Of a stretch of 64,000 bases of DNA, positions 50,653-62,110 are shown one piece after another. The stretch covers positions 890-64,889 of the forward strand of contig DEZK01000007.1 in assembly GCA_002365175.1 (NCBI GenBank). Reading direction: 5' to 3'. A model generated the notes under the pieces. That model was not told where the DNA came from, ran no database searches, and was given only the letters and a program-made list of their open reading frames with translations. The position numbers and the translations under genes are program-made. This DNA comes from Candidatus Raskinella chloraquaticus (GTDB taxonomy: Bacteria; Pseudomonadota; Alphaproteobacteria; Rhizobiales; UBA4765). The number at the start of each line of letters is the position of its first letter. Positions within the stretch are counted from its first letter, which is position 1.

Positions 50653-52242
50653 TCAGCGTTTCAGCATCGAGCCGAGGACACCACGGATAATCGCAGAGCC
50701 GACCTGCCGGCCAACCGAAGAGGCGACCGAGCGCGCCACGCTTTTGACAACCGCCTCGCCGACCGACTGACGTTGCGACGCCCTGCCCCCTCGCGGGCCG
50801 ACGGGAGGAGGCGCGGACTGGCCAAAAATGCCACCGAGAACGCCGCCGATCTGATCCATGATGCCGCCGCCTGCGGCTGAGGCTTCCTGAGGAGCCGGCA
50901 TTGCCTGCGTCGGTGCGTTATGTCCTTGCGGGCCCGCGCTGGCAGCAGCTTTGCCGCTTAGTCGCTCGAAAGCTGATTCGCGATCGATCACGTCCTCGTA
51001 CTTCCCGGCAAAAGGCGAAGCAGCCATCACCGCCCTGCGCTCGGCATCCGTCACCGGGCCAATACGCGCGGATGGCGGACGCATCAGGGTGCGCTCGACC
51101 ATGGTCGGCGTACCGTTACCCTCCAGCACCGACACCAGCGCTTCACCCTTGCCAAGCTCCATGATGACTTTTGCCGTATTAAGCTTGGGATTGGGACGGA
51201 AGGTTTCAGCCGCAGCCTTCACCGCCTTCTGCTCACGCGGCGTGAAGGCGCGCAACGCATGCTGGGCGCGGTTGCCGAGCTGGGCGGACACCTTGTCCGG
51301 GACGTCGATTGGATTTTGCGAAACAAAGTAGATGCCAACGCCCTTAGACCGGATGAGGCGGACCACCTGTTCCACTTTCTGGAGAAGCGCGTCTGGTGCT
51401 TCGTCAAACAGCAGATGAGCCTCATCGAAGAAGAAAACGAGCTTGGGCTTTTCAGGATCACCCACCTCGGGAAGCTGCTCGAAGAGTTCCGCCATCAGCC
51501 ATAACAGAAACGTCGCATAGAGGCGGGGCGAGGACATCAGCTTGTCGGCGGCAAGAATATTGATCGTGCCGCGCCCGTCGCGGGTGACACGCATCAGATC
51601 TTTCAGATCGAGCGCCGGCTCTCCGAAAAACTTGTCGCCGCCTTGCTGCTGCAACACCAGTAATTGCCGCTGGATCGTGCCGACTGTCTGGGGAGAGACA
51701 TTGCCATAGGCTGCCTTCAGTTCAGCCTGCAATTCCTTGTCAGCCCCAAGCAATTGCAGAACCGCCTGCAGATCCTTCATATCAAGCAGCAGAAGCCCGT
51801 GCTCGTCAGCGTATTTGAAAATGATGTTGAGGACGCCTTCCTGCACATCGTTAAGGCTCATCAGCCGCGACAGCAGCAATGGGCCCATCTCGCTGACGGT
51901 GGCGCGGATCGGGTGGCCCATCTCGCCAAAAAGATCCCAGAAGACGACCGGGTACTTATCTGGCGCGAAATCGTCAAAGCCGATGTCCTGGCAGCGCTTG
52001 GTGATGAAATCCTTCGCCTCACCCATCGCAGCGACGCCGGAGAGATCGCCCTTGATGTCAGCGGCAAAGACCGGCACGCCGGCGTCCGAAAAGCCTTCCG
52101 CCAGCACCTGCAGCGTCACCGTCTTGCCGGTGCCGGTGGCGCCCGTCACCAGACCGTGGCGATTGGCGAGCTTGAGAGTGAGATACTGATCGACCCCGCC
52201 CCCACCGATATAGATCATTCCATCCTGAAGCTTGTTTGCCAT
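50653..52242 (-). CDS. HerA-like ATPase, DUF853 (YjgR) family
   Basis: Contains ..[41 protein letters not shown].. Confidence 0.88.
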   Translation of the reverse strand: MANKLQDGMIYIGGGGVDQYLTLKLANRHGLVTGATGTGKTVTLQVLAEGFSDAGVPVFAADIKGDLSGVAAMGEAKDFITKRCQDIGFDDFAPDKYPVVFWDLFGEMGHPIRATVSEMGPLLLSRLMSLNDVQEGVLNIIFKYADEHGLLLLDMKDLQAVLQLLGADKELQAELKAAYGNVSPQTVGTIQRQLLVLQQQGGDKFFGEPALDLKDLMRVTRDGRGTINILAADKLMSSPRLYATFLLWLMAELFEQLPEVGDPEKPKLVFFFDEAHLLFDEAPDALLQKVEQVVRLIRSKGVGIYFVSQNPIDVPDKVSAQLGNRAQHALRAFTPREQKAVKAAAETFRPNPKLNTAKVIMELGKGEALVSVLEGNGTPTMVERTLMRPPSARIGPVTDAERRAVMAASPFAGKYEDVIDRESAFERLSGKAAASAGPQGHNAPTQAMPAPQEASAAGGGIMDQIGGVLGGIFGQSAPPPVGPRGGRASQRQSVGEAVVKSVARSVASSVGRQVGSAIIRGVLGSMLKR

Positions 52243-52424
52243 GTCTTGATCCTGCCATCCTCAGCCGTCAACGGTTCGGGCGGCTTATAGAGTGCCTGCG
52301 GGGTGGCGGCAATCGCCGCGCGAAGGGCTCAAGATTACCCGCATTCCCACGGGCTTGCCAGAGATGGCGCCGTTATGAGAAGGATGGCGGTGAACACAAA
52401 ACGGCGCGATGCCGGGAGGAACAT

Positions 52425-52784
52425 ATGGACGAAATCATCGCCAAAGTCGCGGCGGCAGCCGGCATTGATGCGAGTGTAGCGGAAAAGGCAATCGGCGCCA
52501 TTCTGGGCTTTCTCAAGAAGGAAGGCCCAAGCGAGCATGTGGCAACCATGATGGAAAAGCTCCCGGGCGCTGACGACCTCATCGCCAAGGCGCCAAGCGG
52601 CGGCATGTTTGGCGCCATGGGCGGGATCATGGGCCTTGGCAGCCAATTGATGTCGTCCGGCCTCTCCATGGGCCAGGTCCAGACTGTCGGGCGGACCCTG
52701 TTTGCATCTGCCCGCGAGCAGGTAGGCGAAGAGACAATGGGCCAGATTGTCGCCTCGATCCCTGGCCTGTCGCAATTCGTCTGA
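52425..52784 (+). CDS. Small conserved hypothetical protein (Gly/Met-rich centre)
   Basis: MDEIIAKVAAAAGIDASVAEKAIGAILGFLKKEGP.., with the RBS GGGAGGA upstream. The track ORF start at 52236 overlaps the divergent gene. Confidence 0.6.
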   Translation: MDEIIAKVAAAAGIDASVAEKAIGAILGFLKKEGPSEHVATMMEKLPGADDLIAKAPSGGMFGAMGGIMGLGSQLMSSGLSMGQVQTVGRTLFASAREQVGEETMGQIVASIPGLSQFV

Positions 52785-52787
52785 GGC

Positions 52788-54662
52788 ATGATGGGGGCGG
52801 GACCGGCGATGACAGGTAATCCTTTCAGTGCCGCGCCGCGCTTTCCCGCCATTGACGATGAACAGTGGCGGGAGGCCGCCATCGCCAGCCTCAAGGGCGG
52901 GCGGTTTGAGGAGCGTCTCGTCTCGCATACCTATGACGGCATCGACATCGCGCCGCTTTATACCGCGCGCACAGCCGCGTCCGCTGTCAGCGCTGCCGGA
53001 CCGGCGGGTGCGGCGCCCTTCATTCGCGGCTGGGAAGCCACGCCGCGCCCCTGGCGGCTGGCGCAGCGGGTCGATCTCAACGATCCGACAGCGGCCAATG
53101 CGCAAGCGCTGGATGATCTTGAAGGCGGGGCCAATGCCCTCATTATCGCAACCGACATCAACGGCGTTGCCGTCAGCAATGCCGCCGACATCGAGACATT
53201 GCTTGCTGGTGTCCGGCTCGATTTGATCAGCGTGACGCTTGAGGCTGATCACCCCCAGACGGTTGATCTCTTCGTCGACCTGATGCAGCGGCGCGGACAC
53301 GCGCTGTCCTCGTTGGATTTTTGTCCAGGCTTCTGCCCTCTTGCGGCGATGGCGCGCGGGCAGGACATCGGCGATGAGGCTGCTTTCGCCGCGAGGCTCG
53401 CCGCTCTGCATCAGAACTATCAGGCGATGGGCCACCTGGGCCCGCTCTTTCTCCTTGACGGGCGCGTGGTAGCCGACGCGCTGGGAAGTGAAGGGCAGGA
53501 AATCGCCAGCATCCTGGCGCAGGCTGTCGACATGTTCCGAGCCGGCGAAAAAGCCGGGCTCGATCAACAAGAAGTCGCAGCAAGGCTGGCTGCAAAGATA
53601 ACGGTAGATGCTGATCAGTTCCTGTCGATTGCCAAGTTGCGGGCGCTCAGGCTGGTATGGACGCACCTTATGGACGCCATAGGGCTTGGCGCCGCGCCTC
53701 TCGACATTCGCGCTGAAACCTCATGGCGCATGCTCAGCGGGCGCGATCCGTGGGTGAATGTGCTGCGCGGAACGATTGCCTGTTTTGCCGGCGCGGTCGG
53801 CGGGGCGAGTGAAATCACGCTCCATCCCTTCACCTCAGCCCTCGGTCGCCCTGATGGGCTGGCGCGGCGCATCGCCCGCAACACGCAAGCGATCCTCGCA
53901 GAAGAAAGCAGTCTTGACCGCGTGGCCGATCCGGCAGGCGGTTCCTATTACGTCGAAAGCCTGACCCAGGCGCTGGCCGGCAAGGCGTGGACGATTTTCC
54001 AGGACATCGAGAAGGCCGGCGGGTTTGCGACGTCCCTGCGCTCAGGCTGGCTGCAGCAGCAGGTGGGGCAAGTGCGCAAGAAGCGACTGCAGGCGCTTGC
54101 GACGCGGCGCGACAAGATCACCGGCGTGTCCGAATTTCCTGACATTCACGAGGCTCCGGTTCCGGTAGCTGCACCTTGGCCGCAGGGTGTGGCGGCCGGC
54201 GGCGGAATCACGCCACTCCCGCGCCTGCGGCTGGCGCAGGCTTTCGAAGATTTGCGTCAGAACGCTGAAGGGATGCAGCCGCGACCTGTCATGTTCCTCG
54301 CCACGCTGGGAACGCCTGCGGAGACGATCACCCGGGCAGGCTTTGCCAAGAATTTCTTTGAAGCCGGTGGTATCGGGTCTCCCGGCAATGACGGATTTGC
54401 CGATATCGCCGCGCTCACAACAGCCTTTGCCAAAAGCGGCGCGGCGCTTGCGTGCCTGTGCTCAAGCGATGAGGTCTACGGCAAGCAGGGGGCAGCAGCC
54501 GCCCAGGCACTGAAAGCAGCCGGAGCGCGCCTGGTGCTGCTTGCGGGCAATCCACGCGAGAAGCGCGAGGAACTGACCGCAGCCGGCATTGACAGCTTCA
54601 TTTATGCTGGCATGGATATTGTTGCGGCGCTGACTGACCTGCAACGACAAATTGGTCTATAA
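52788..54662 (+). CDS. Methylmalonyl-CoA mutase small (beta) subunit
   Basis: 624 aa, directly upstream of the alpha subunit. It has a mutase-like fold sequence but lacks the canonical B12-binding DxHxxG. Confidence 0.87.
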   Translation: MMGAGPAMTGNPFSAAPRFPAIDDEQWREAAIASLKGGRFEERLVSHTYDGIDIAPLYTARTAASAVSAAGPAGAAPFIRGWEATPRPWRLAQRVDLNDPTAANAQALDDLEGGANALIIATDINGVAVSNAADIETLLAGVRLDLISVTLEADHPQTVDLFVDLMQRRGHALSSLDFCPGFCPLAAMARGQDIGDEAAFAARLAALHQNYQAMGHLGPLFLLDGRVVADALGSEGQEIASILAQAVDMFRAGEKAGLDQQEVAARLAAKITVDADQFLSIAKLRALRLVWTHLMDAIGLGAAPLDIRAETSWRMLSGRDPWVNVLRGTIACFAGAVGGASEITLHPFTSALGRPDGLARRIARNTQAILAEESSLDRVADPAGGSYYVESLTQALAGKAWTIFQDIEKAGGFATSLRSGWLQQQVGQVRKKRLQALATRRDKITGVSEFPDIHEAPVPVAAPWPQGVAAGGGITPLPRLRLAQAFEDLRQNAEGMQPRPVMFLATLGTPAETITRAGFAKNFFEAGGIGSPGNDGFADIAALTTAFAKSGAALACLCSSDEVYGKQGAAAAQALKAAGARLVLLAGNPREKREELTAAGIDSFIYAGMDIVAALTDLQRQIGL

Positions 54663-54680
54663 TGGCGCGGTGAGGGTGTC

Positions 54681-56840
54681 ATGAGCCGCATTCCCGATTT
54701 CACCACTATCCCTTTCGCAGTGCCGCCGGCAGGCAGTCCGCAAGCAGGCGATGCGCCTGCCTTCGAGACCCCGGAAGGGATAGCCGTCAAGCCAATCTAT
54801 GATGCCGATGACCTTGCCGGGCTCACCACGCTTGGCGGCATGCCGGGATTTGCACCCTATCTGCGCGGCCCCTACCCCACCATGTATGTCGCGTCGCCCT
54901 GGACGATCCGCCAATATGCCGGCTTCTCGACGGCTGAGGATTCAAACGCCTTCTACCGGCGCAATCTGGCCGCCGGGCAGAAAGGGCTGTCGGTTGCCTT
55001 CGATCTTGCCACCCATCGCGGCTATGACAGCGATCATCCGCGCGTGCCGGGCGACGTTGGCATGGCGGGCGTGGCGATTGATTCCATCTACGATATGCGC
55101 ACGCTTTTTGCCGGCATTCCGCTTGGCGATATTTCCGTGTCGATGACGATGAACGGGGCCGTGCTGCCGGTGCTCGCGCTCTATGTAATCGCAGCCGAAG
55201 AACAGGGCGTCCCGCAGGCCAAGCTCTCAGGCACGATCCAAAACGATATTCTCAAGGAGTTCATGGTCCGCAATACCTATATCTATCCGCCCGGACCATC
55301 GATGCGCATCATCTCCGACATCTTCGCGCATACTTCGCGCGAAATGCCGAAATTCAACTCGATTTCGATTTCCGGCTATCACATGCAGGAAGCCGGCGCG
55401 ACGGCTGACCTCGAACTCGCCTATACGCTCGCTGACGGGCTTGAATATGCGCGTGCCGGTATGGCCGCCGGTCTCGACATCAATGCCTTCGCGCCGCGTC
55501 TGTCGTTTTTCTGGGCGATCGGCATGAATTTTTTCATGGAAGTGGCGAAGCTGCGCGCTGCGCGCCTGTTGTGGGCGCGCCTCATGCAGCCGCTTGGCGC
55601 CAATGAGCGCGGACAGGCCTTGCGCGCCCATTCGCAGACCTCCGGCTGGTCGCTCACCGCGCAGGATGTCTATAACAACATTGTCCGCACGCAGATCGAG
55701 GCGATGGCGGCGACGCAAGGCCATACGCAATCGCTGCACACCAATGCGCTTGACGAGGCGCTGGCGCTGCCGACTGATTTCTCCGCCCGCATCGCTCGCA
55801 ACACGCAGATCTTCCTGCAGCAGGAAAGCGGTACGACGCGGCCAGCTGACCCGTGGGGTGGCAGCTTCTATGTCGAACGCCTGACGCACGATCTGGCGGA
55901 GCGGGCATGGAGCCATATGGAGGAGGTGGAGCGCCTGGGCGGTATGGCGAAGGCGATTGCCGCCGGCGTACCCAAGCTCAAAATCGAGGAAGCGGCGGCA
56001 AAGACCCAGGCGCGCATCGATTCAGGGCGCCAGACGGTCGTTGGCGTCAACAAATACCGCCCCGAGCGCGACGAGACGATCGAGGTACGCAGCGTCGATA
56101 ATCAGACCGTGCGCATGCTGCAGATCGACAAGCTGAAACGGCTCAGGGCGGAGCGCGATGAAACGAATGTCGCCCGCACGCTCAGTGCGCTTGAAAACGG
56201 CGCGCGGGCAAACGGTAATCTTCTGGCGCTATCGATTGAGGCAGCGCGCGCCAAGGCAACAGTTGGCGAAATGTCAGACGCGCTTGAGCGTGTCTTTGGG
56301 CGCCACCGCGCCGAGATCAAATCGATCCAGGGCGTTTACGCGCGGGAGGTCGGCATGGGCAATCACAAGATTGATGCAGCGCGCGGCGCAGTCGAAGCCT
56401 TCGCCAAAGCCGATGGACGGCGCCCGCGTATTCTCATCGCCAAGATGGGGCAGGACGGCCATGATCGCGGACAGAAGGTGATTGCCACTGCCTTTGCTGA
56501 TCTCGGCTTTGACGTCGATATCGGACCACTTTTCCAGACACCGCAGGAAGTGGCACGTCAGGCGGTTGAAAACGACGTGCATGTGGTGGGCGTGTCGTCT
56601 CTTGCCGCCGGCCATCTGACGCTGGTGCCGGCCCTGCGCGAAGCGCTTGGCGCTGAAGGGCGCCCCGACATCATGATCGCGGTGGGCGGTGTCATCCCGC
56701 CGCAGGATTACCAGACGTTGCTTGAGGCCGGCGCTGCCGCCATCTTCCCGCCGGGCACTGTGATTGCCGAGGCAGCGCATGATCTCCTCGCCAAGCTCTC
56801 AGCCCATCTTGGCTATGGCGACCGGGCGGCGGCGGAATGA
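54681..56840 (+). CDS. scpA: Methylmalonyl-CoA mutase large (alpha) subunit
   Basis: Contains ..[60 protein letters not shown].. and the C-terminal ..[11 protein letters not shown].. B12 motif. Confidence 0.95.
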   Translation: MSRIPDFTTIPFAVPPAGSPQAGDAPAFETPEGIAVKPIYDADDLAGLTTLGGMPGFAPYLRGPYPTMYVASPWTIRQYAGFSTAEDSNAFYRRNLAAGQKGLSVAFDLATHRGYDSDHPRVPGDVGMAGVAIDSIYDMRTLFAGIPLGDISVSMTMNGAVLPVLALYVIAAEEQGVPQAKLSGTIQNDILKEFMVRNTYIYPPGPSMRIISDIFAHTSREMPKFNSISISGYHMQEAGATADLELAYTLADGLEYARAGMAAGLDINAFAPRLSFFWAIGMNFFMEVAKLRAARLLWARLMQPLGANERGQALRAHSQTSGWSLTAQDVYNNIVRTQIEAMAATQGHTQSLHTNALDEALALPTDFSARIARNTQIFLQQESGTTRPADPWGGSFYVERLTHDLAERAWSHMEEVERLGGMAKAIAAGVPKLKIEEAAAKTQARIDSGRQTVVGVNKYRPERDETIEVRSVDNQTVRMLQIDKLKRLRAERDETNVARTLSALENGARANGNLLALSIEAARAKATVGEMSDALERVFGRHRAEIKSIQGVYAREVGMGNHKIDAARGAVEAFAKADGRRPRILIAKMGQDGHDRGQKVIATAFADLGFDVDIGPLFQTPQEVARQAVENDVHVVGVSSLAAGHLTLVPALREALGAEGRPDIMIAVGGVIPPQDYQTLLEAGAAAIFPPGTVIAEAAHDLLAKLSAHLGYGDRAAAE

Positions 56841-57682
56841 GTCTTCTGACGTTCCAGGCGCTTCTCAGCATCGCCGGGTTGGAATTATCTCGAGTACGCC
56901 TCTACCGCCATCAGGAGCCGACAGCCAACCCGTATAAGCTATGGCGCGACCACCCTGTTGATTTCGAAATCTATCAAAGTCATCAGAGCCGGCACCGACG
57001 GATCGAGACAAACAATTATCTTGCGAGCTTCGTGGTAACGCCGTCAGTCGAAACTCTTTTCGTTGGTCTGTATCTGTCCCGTGGATGGCGCCCCGTACGA
57101 CCAAGTGATCGCTACTCCGCGCCAACCGGTTGGGTCGGTGAATACTCTGAAAAGAACGTCTTTCACGAGTTTGAACAGCAACAGTTACTGGCGGAATTCT
57201 CAGGGCGTCTCGTGATCGATTGGGGACCTGGCACTCGCGCCGTGCTTCAGCATGCGTCCAGAAAAATAAAGCCTATCATCGAAATCCGCCGCCGATTTAA
57301 AGAACCTGAATTTCCCGGATTTGATGGTTTACGGCTGAAATTCGTGGACCTGGAAAATCTATACCCTGCCTGGATAGCACATCTCACATCAACGCGTGGC
57401 GTTTATCTCCTGATTTGCAACAAAACGGGAGCTCAGTATGTTGGTTCGGCGAGCGGCGACAACGGATTTTGGGGGCGCTGGCAACAATATGCGAAGGATG
57501 GTCATGGGGGCAATGTTCTCATGAGGCAGGCAGGACATATGGACTTTTCAATATCTGTTCTTGAAACCGCCCGCTCCGTTGATGGTCAAGATGATATTTG
57601 GAGGCGGGAGACACATTGGAAAGATAAACTTGGAACCCGCGCGAAGAGCGACGCTGCGGAATTTCAACTGAATAGCAATTAG
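56837..57682 (+). CDS. GIY-YIG nuclease family protein with an uncharacterised N-terminal domain
   Basis: The C-terminal ..[58 protein letters not shown] fits the GIY...YxG...R...E pattern. It has an ATGA overlap with the mcmA stop and visibly lower GC than its neighbours. Confidence 0.8.
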   Translation: MSLLTFQALLSIAGLELSRVRLYRHQEPTANPYKLWRDHPVDFEIYQSHQSRHRRIETNNYLASFVVTPSVETLFVGLYLSRGWRPVRPSDRYSAPTGWVGEYSEKNVFHEFEQQQLLAEFSGRLVIDWGPGTRAVLQHASRKIKPIIEIRRRFKEPEFPGFDGLRLKFVDLENLYPAWIAHLTSTRGVYLLICNKTGAQYVGSASGDNGFWGRWQQYAKDGHGGNVLMRQAGHMDFSISVLETARSVDGQDDIWRRETHWKDKLGTRAKSDAAEFQLNSN

Positions 57683-57722
57683 TGTTGGTTTGTGACATCG
57701 CCGTCATTTTTCATAAGGACAG

Positions 57723-58703
57723 ATGATGGTTGATATTTCTCTGCTTACATCGAGTTTGATCGCTGGCGACCGCGCTGTCTTGGCGCGCGCGATAACGCTC
57801 ATCGAATCGCGCCGCGCCGATCATCAGGCCGAAGCGCAGGCGCTGCTGAAGGCGGTGCTGCCGTTGACCGGCAAGGCGGTGCGGCTTGGCATCACCGGCG
57901 TGCCGGGCGCCGGCAAATCGACGCTCATCGATGCGCTTGGTGTCATGCTGACGGGGCGCGGCCACAGAGTGGCGGTGTTGGCGGTCGACCCCAGTTCGAC
58001 GGTGAGCGGCGGCTCGATCCTGGGCGACAAGACGCGCATGGCGCGACTGGCGGTTGACGCCAACGCCTTCATCCGCCCCTCCCCTTCAGCCGGCACGCTG
58101 GGCGGGGTGGCAGCAAAAACCCGCGAGGCGATGTTGCTCACCGAGGCGGCTGGCTATGATGTCATCATCGTCGAGACCGTGGGGGTCGGGCAATCGGAAG
58201 TGGCAGTTGCCGGCATGGTCGATTTTTTTCTGGTGCTGATGGCGCCCGGCACCGGGGATGACCTGCAGGGGATCAAGAAGGGCATTCTGGAACTTGCAGA
58301 CATGGTGGTGGTCAACAAGGCGGATGGTGAAAACCTGCCGCGCGCCCGCCAGGCGGCAAGCGATTATCTGGCAGCGCTTGCGGTGATGATGCCGGCGGAA
58401 CCTGACTGGCCGATCCCGCTCAAGCTGGTCTCGGGCCTCACCGGCGGCGGGCTTGGCGAGCTGTGGGACGTTGTGGGGCGCCATCGCACATTGTTCGCAG
58501 CCGATGGACGGCTCACGCAACGCCGCGCCCGCCAGAATGTGGCGTGGATGTGGAATTTGTTCGAGACGCGCCTCCTTGCGGAAGCGAAATCCCGGCCAGT
58601 CCTCAGTGCAAGGATGGCTGAACTTGAGGATGCGGTGCGCGCAGGCCGGACAACGGTGGGGCTGGCGGTCGACGAAATGTTCGCGCTGCTGCAACAGGCG
58701 TAA
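57723..58703 (+). CDS. meaB: Methylmalonyl-CoA mutase-associated GTPase
   Basis: Contains ..LGITGVPGAGKSTLIDALG.., ..ILGDKTRM.., ..VETVGVGQSE.., ..VVNKADG.. Confidence 0.93.
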   Translation: MMVDISLLTSSLIAGDRAVLARAITLIESRRADHQAEAQALLKAVLPLTGKAVRLGITGVPGAGKSTLIDALGVMLTGRGHRVAVLAVDPSSTVSGGSILGDKTRMARLAVDANAFIRPSPSAGTLGGVAAKTREAMLLTEAAGYDVIIVETVGVGQSEVAVAGMVDFFLVLMAPGTGDDLQGIKKGILELADMVVVNKADGENLPRARQAASDYLAALAVMMPAEPDWPIPLKLVSGLTGGGLGELWDVVGRHRTLFAADGRLTQRRARQNVAWMWNLFETRLLAEAKSRPVLSARMAELEDAVRAGRTTVGLAVDEMFALLQQA

Positions 58704-58746
58704 CGGCACAGGACTTGCGTTGCCATGGTCAAGGAGACCCTTGCCC

Positions 58747-60093
58747 ATGCTCAAACGTCGTCATTTTCTTGGTTTTGCGCTGGGCGGTGGCGCTACTGCC
58801 GCCTTATCGCGTCCCGCTTTCGCACAATCGCCCTCTTCCGGGACAGCGACAGCCAATGCTTATGGCCTGGTCGCAAACGCCAGGCATGACCAGAGCGAGG
58901 CGCTGCAACACGCCATCAACGACAGCGCCAGACGCGGACAGGCGCTGCACTTGCCGGCAGGGCGCTTTCTTGTCAGCGGGCTTGTTCTCCCGCCGGGCGC
59001 GACGCTCATCGGTACGCCCGGCCTGACGCGGCTGGTGCAGTCGGGGTCCCGGCCGATCCTCAGAGCCGAAGGGACAAAGCGTCTGCGCGTCAGCGATCTC
59101 GTTCTCGATGGTGCGGGCCGGACGATTGGCGGCACGCGCGGCGCGCTTCTCACCGCCAAGGGCTGCGAGGCGATCAATCTACGCGGTGTTGAATTCACCC
59201 ATACGCCGGGGTGTGGCCTCGTTCTTGAAGGATGCGGCGGCGCGGTTGAGGGCTCGACCTTCACGCAGGTCGGCGATGCCGGCCTGTTCGCGCTCGATTC
59301 GCGCGGCCTGAGGATCGATGGCAATGCCTTCTCTGATATCGGCAACAACGCCGTTCAGGTGTGGCGCTCGCAAAAGGGCGAGGATGGCACACAGATCACC
59401 CATAACCGGATTTCACATGTCGGTGCGCGCGATGGCGGCAACGGGCAGAACGGTAATGGCGTCAACATTTTCCGCGCCGGCGCGGTGGTGGTGAGCGCCA
59501 ACACCATCAGGGACTGCGCCTTTTCCGGCATCCGCAGCAATGGCGGGTCGAACGTCATCGTTACCGCCAACAGCATCACGCGCTCGGGCGAGGTGGCGAT
59601 CTTCATTGAATTTGCCTTCGAGGGTGCAAGCATCGCCAACAACATAATCGACGCAGCTGCAGCCGGAATCTCGGTCAGCAATTTCGATTCAGGCGGCAGG
59701 CTGGCCTCCGTCGTTGGCAATGTCGTGCGCGGGATCACCACCAAAAGCCTGAGCAATCCCGATACGCGGCCCTATGGTATCGCGGTTGAAGCCGACACAA
59801 CGGTCATCGGCAATACGGTCGAAAACGTGCCCGGCGTCGGTATTCGCGTTGGCTGGGGGCCTTATCTGCGCAATGTGACGGCAAGCGCCAATGTGGTGCG
59901 CGAGAGCGACATCGGCATCGGCGTGTCGCTCGTCAAGGGCGCGGGCAAGGCGATCGTTGCTGACAACATCATCGCCGGCTCAAAGACCGCCCTTGCCGGC
60001 ATGGAGTGGCAGACGAACGTGACGGGTGATCTGACGCGCGCAGCCGATGGCCAGCAGGCCAACCTCACCTTCGCCCGCAATCGCGCCGGCTGA
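58747..60093 (+). CDS. TAT-exported right-handed beta-helix repeat protein (TIGR03808-like)
   Basis: MLKRRHFLGFALGGGATAALSRPAFA twin-arginine signal, with repeated ..GNxV..N.. beta-helix turns. The upstream part of the track ORF overlaps meaB. Confidence 0.8.
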   Translation: MLKRRHFLGFALGGGATAALSRPAFAQSPSSGTATANAYGLVANARHDQSEALQHAINDSARRGQALHLPAGRFLVSGLVLPPGATLIGTPGLTRLVQSGSRPILRAEGTKRLRVSDLVLDGAGRTIGGTRGALLTAKGCEAINLRGVEFTHTPGCGLVLEGCGGAVEGSTFTQVGDAGLFALDSRGLRIDGNAFSDIGNNAVQVWRSQKGEDGTQITHNRISHVGARDGGNGQNGNGVNIFRAGAVVVSANTIRDCAFSGIRSNGGSNVIVTANSITRSGEVAIFIEFAFEGASIANNIIDAAAAGISVSNFDSGGRLASVVGNVVRGITTKSLSNPDTRPYGIAVEADTTVIGNTVENVPGVGIRVGWGPYLRNVTASANVVRESDIGIGVSLVKGAGKAIVADNIIAGSKTALAGMEWQTNVTGDLTRAADGQQANLTFARNRAG

Positions 60094-60117
60094 AACGGAA
60101 AGCCAGGCGATGCGGCA

Positions 60118-61155
60118 TCAACCCGCCTTAGGGTGCGGGACCGCCGACAACGCCTGCTCAAATGCCCGCCCAGGACGAATTCCACCGGTTTCGATACCGC
60201 GCCAGTTCCGCTGTCTGGGTCGGCGGAAGCGTTCGAATTCGCCAGCCTCGTCGTCGGACATGGTCACAAAGCTCGCAATCAGCGCCGCCGCCGCTGTCTC
60301 GGAAGCGCGGGTCGCCCCATCATCGATCTTGAGCGCAAAGCCAAGTCCGCGATCTGGGAAGGCGCCACAGAAGACGCCTTCCGCGCCCGTCTTGACGAAT
60401 ACCCGTTCGCCGAAGAGACGCATGACGTCGGTGCAGAAACGCCCGGTGCCCGCCACCATCTGCGGCGCCACAGCGCAGGCCTTGCGAATGCGCTCGCAGG
60501 CGCGGCCACGTTCGGGCGACAGCCCATGTCCGGTGCCAAAGCGGGCGAAGGCTATCGCCACCTGATCAAGCGGCATGGCGTAGGTCGGGATCGAGCAGCC
60601 ATCGGTGCCGCAGATTTCAGCACCAAGTGATACGCCCACCATCTCTTCCAGTGCCCGCCGCACTTCCACCTGCACGGGATGATCAGCCTTGACATATCCC
60701 GCCGGCGCATAACCACGGTGAACTGCCAGCGCCAGAAAGCCGCAATGCTTGCCGGAGCAATTATTGTGCAGCGCTGACGGTTCGAGATTGCTTCGCGCCA
60801 TGGTACGCGAGGCGATCTCGCCCATCGGCCAATGCGCCCCGCATTCGAGCGCTGCGGCACTCAAGCCAAGCCGCGCCAGAATCGCTGCCGCGCGCTCGGC
60901 ATGTGCTGCTTCGCCCGAATGCGAGGCACACGCCATCGCCAAATCTTCATTGGAATAGGCAAAATGATCAGCGGCACCCGATTCAACGAGGGCTAGCGCC
61001 TGAATTGCCTTGACCGCCGATCGGGGATACACCGCGCGCTTCGTATCGCCCCATGAAAAGACCGTCTGGCCACGGTCGTTCATCACCGCTACAGACCCGG
61101 TATGGCGGCTCTCGATCAACGAGCCGCGACTGACTTCGATCAGTACTTCGTCCAT
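60118..61155 (-). CDS. Asparaginase, Rhizobium-type (Asparaginase_II family)
   Basis: MDEVLIEVSRGSLIESRHTGSVAVMNDRG..YPRSAVKAIQALALVESGA.. Confidence 0.85.
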   Translation of the reverse strand: MDEVLIEVSRGSLIESRHTGSVAVMNDRGQTVFSWGDTKRAVYPRSAVKAIQALALVESGAADHFAYSNEDLAMACASHSGEAAHAERAAAILARLGLSAAALECGAHWPMGEIASRTMARSNLEPSALHNNCSGKHCGFLALAVHRGYAPAGYVKADHPVQVEVRRALEEMVGVSLGAEICGTDGCSIPTYAMPLDQVAIAFARFGTGHGLSPERGRACERIRKACAVAPQMVAGTGRFCTDVMRLFGERVFVKTGAEGVFCGAFPDRGLGFALKIDDGATRASETAAAALIASFVTMSDDEAGEFERFRRPRQRNWRGIETGGIRPGRAFEQALSAVPHPKAG

Positions 61156-61274
61156 ACTTGCGGCCCTATGTCTGGCGTGGTGATTGATGCGTAATTATGT
61201 CAAGCTATCGCTGTTACCTTTCCTCATTACGGCAATTCAACACCTCGTCCAATGTTCATTCGAGCGCGACCGAC

Positions 61275-62108
61275 ATGATGGAATCATCTGCAGGCTCGTT
61301 CCCTGTTCCAGCCGGCTTTGCGAGCTTCGATGCGTTGGCCAATACGTTTGCCAGCATCGCATCCCAGGCTGGCTGTGTGATCCTTGCCGTCTATGCGAGC
61401 GATTTCACCATGCGGCAGAAATCGGATGCCTCGCCGGTATGCGAGGCGGATGAGGCGGCTGAACTGATCATCCTGCGGCTGCTGCAAGAGTTGCTACCCG
61501 AGGTTCCGATCATTGCCGAGGAAGCGGTAGCCCAGGGCCGTGTGCCTGACATCAGCAACGGCGTCTTCCTGCTTGTCGACCCGCTCGACGGCACAGTCGA
61601 ATTTGCCGGGCGCAACGGCGAATTCACCGTCAATATTGCACTCATCGTGCAAGGCGTGCCGGTCTGCGGTATCGTCTATTCACCGCTCGACGGCGCGCTT
61701 TATCTTGGCGGCGAGCATGCGCGCAAGGCACAACTGGCCGCTGGCGCCCCGTTTGACCCCGCCAGTTCCACCGCCATCCACGTCCGCCAGCCCGGAACGC
61801 CGCTTGACGTTGTGATGAGCCGCTCGCACCGCTGCACCAGGACCGAAGCCTGGGCTGATGCCCAGGGCGAGAACCGGGTGGTGACACGCGGATCAGCGCT
61901 AAAATTCGGCCTGCTGGCGGATGGCAGTGCCGATCTCTATCCTCGTTTCACGCCGACCATGGAATGGGACACTGCTGCCGGTCATGCCGTCCTGCGGGCG
62001 GCGGGCGGAAGCCTGCTGACCCCCGATGACAAGCCTTTTGTCTACGGCAAGATCAGCGAGGGGTTCCGCAACGGGCCGTTCATTGCGCGCGGCGGCACCT
62101 CGACCTGA
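61275..62108 (+). CDS. cysQ: 3'(2'),5'-bisphosphate nucleotidase
   Basis: Contains ..IAEE.., ..LVDPLDGTVEF.., ..WDTAAGHAVL.. The ATG at 61275 is preferred over the upstream start at 61197. Confidence 0.85.
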   Translation: MMESSAGSFPVPAGFASFDALANTFASIASQAGCVILAVYASDFTMRQKSDASPVCEADEAAELIILRLLQELLPEVPIIAEEAVAQGRVPDISNGVFLLVDPLDGTVEFAGRNGEFTVNIALIVQGVPVCGIVYSPLDGALYLGGEHARKAQLAAGAPFDPASSTAIHVRQPGTPLDVVMSRSHRCTRTEAWADAQGENRVVTRGSALKFGLLADGSADLYPRFTPTMEWDTAAGHAVLRAAGGSLLTPDDKPFVYGKISEGFRNGPFIARGGTST

Positions 62109-62110
62109 GC

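Noticed and set aside
52335-53666. 443-aa minus-strand ORF, together with similar long antisense ORFs at 55227..55916, 58086..58754, 47974..48711, 50272..50880 and 44118..44690.
   Set aside because: All are antisense to confidently identified genes (mcm subunits, meaB, asnB, corA, thiC). Their composition is typical of stop-poor antisense frames in GC-rich DNA.
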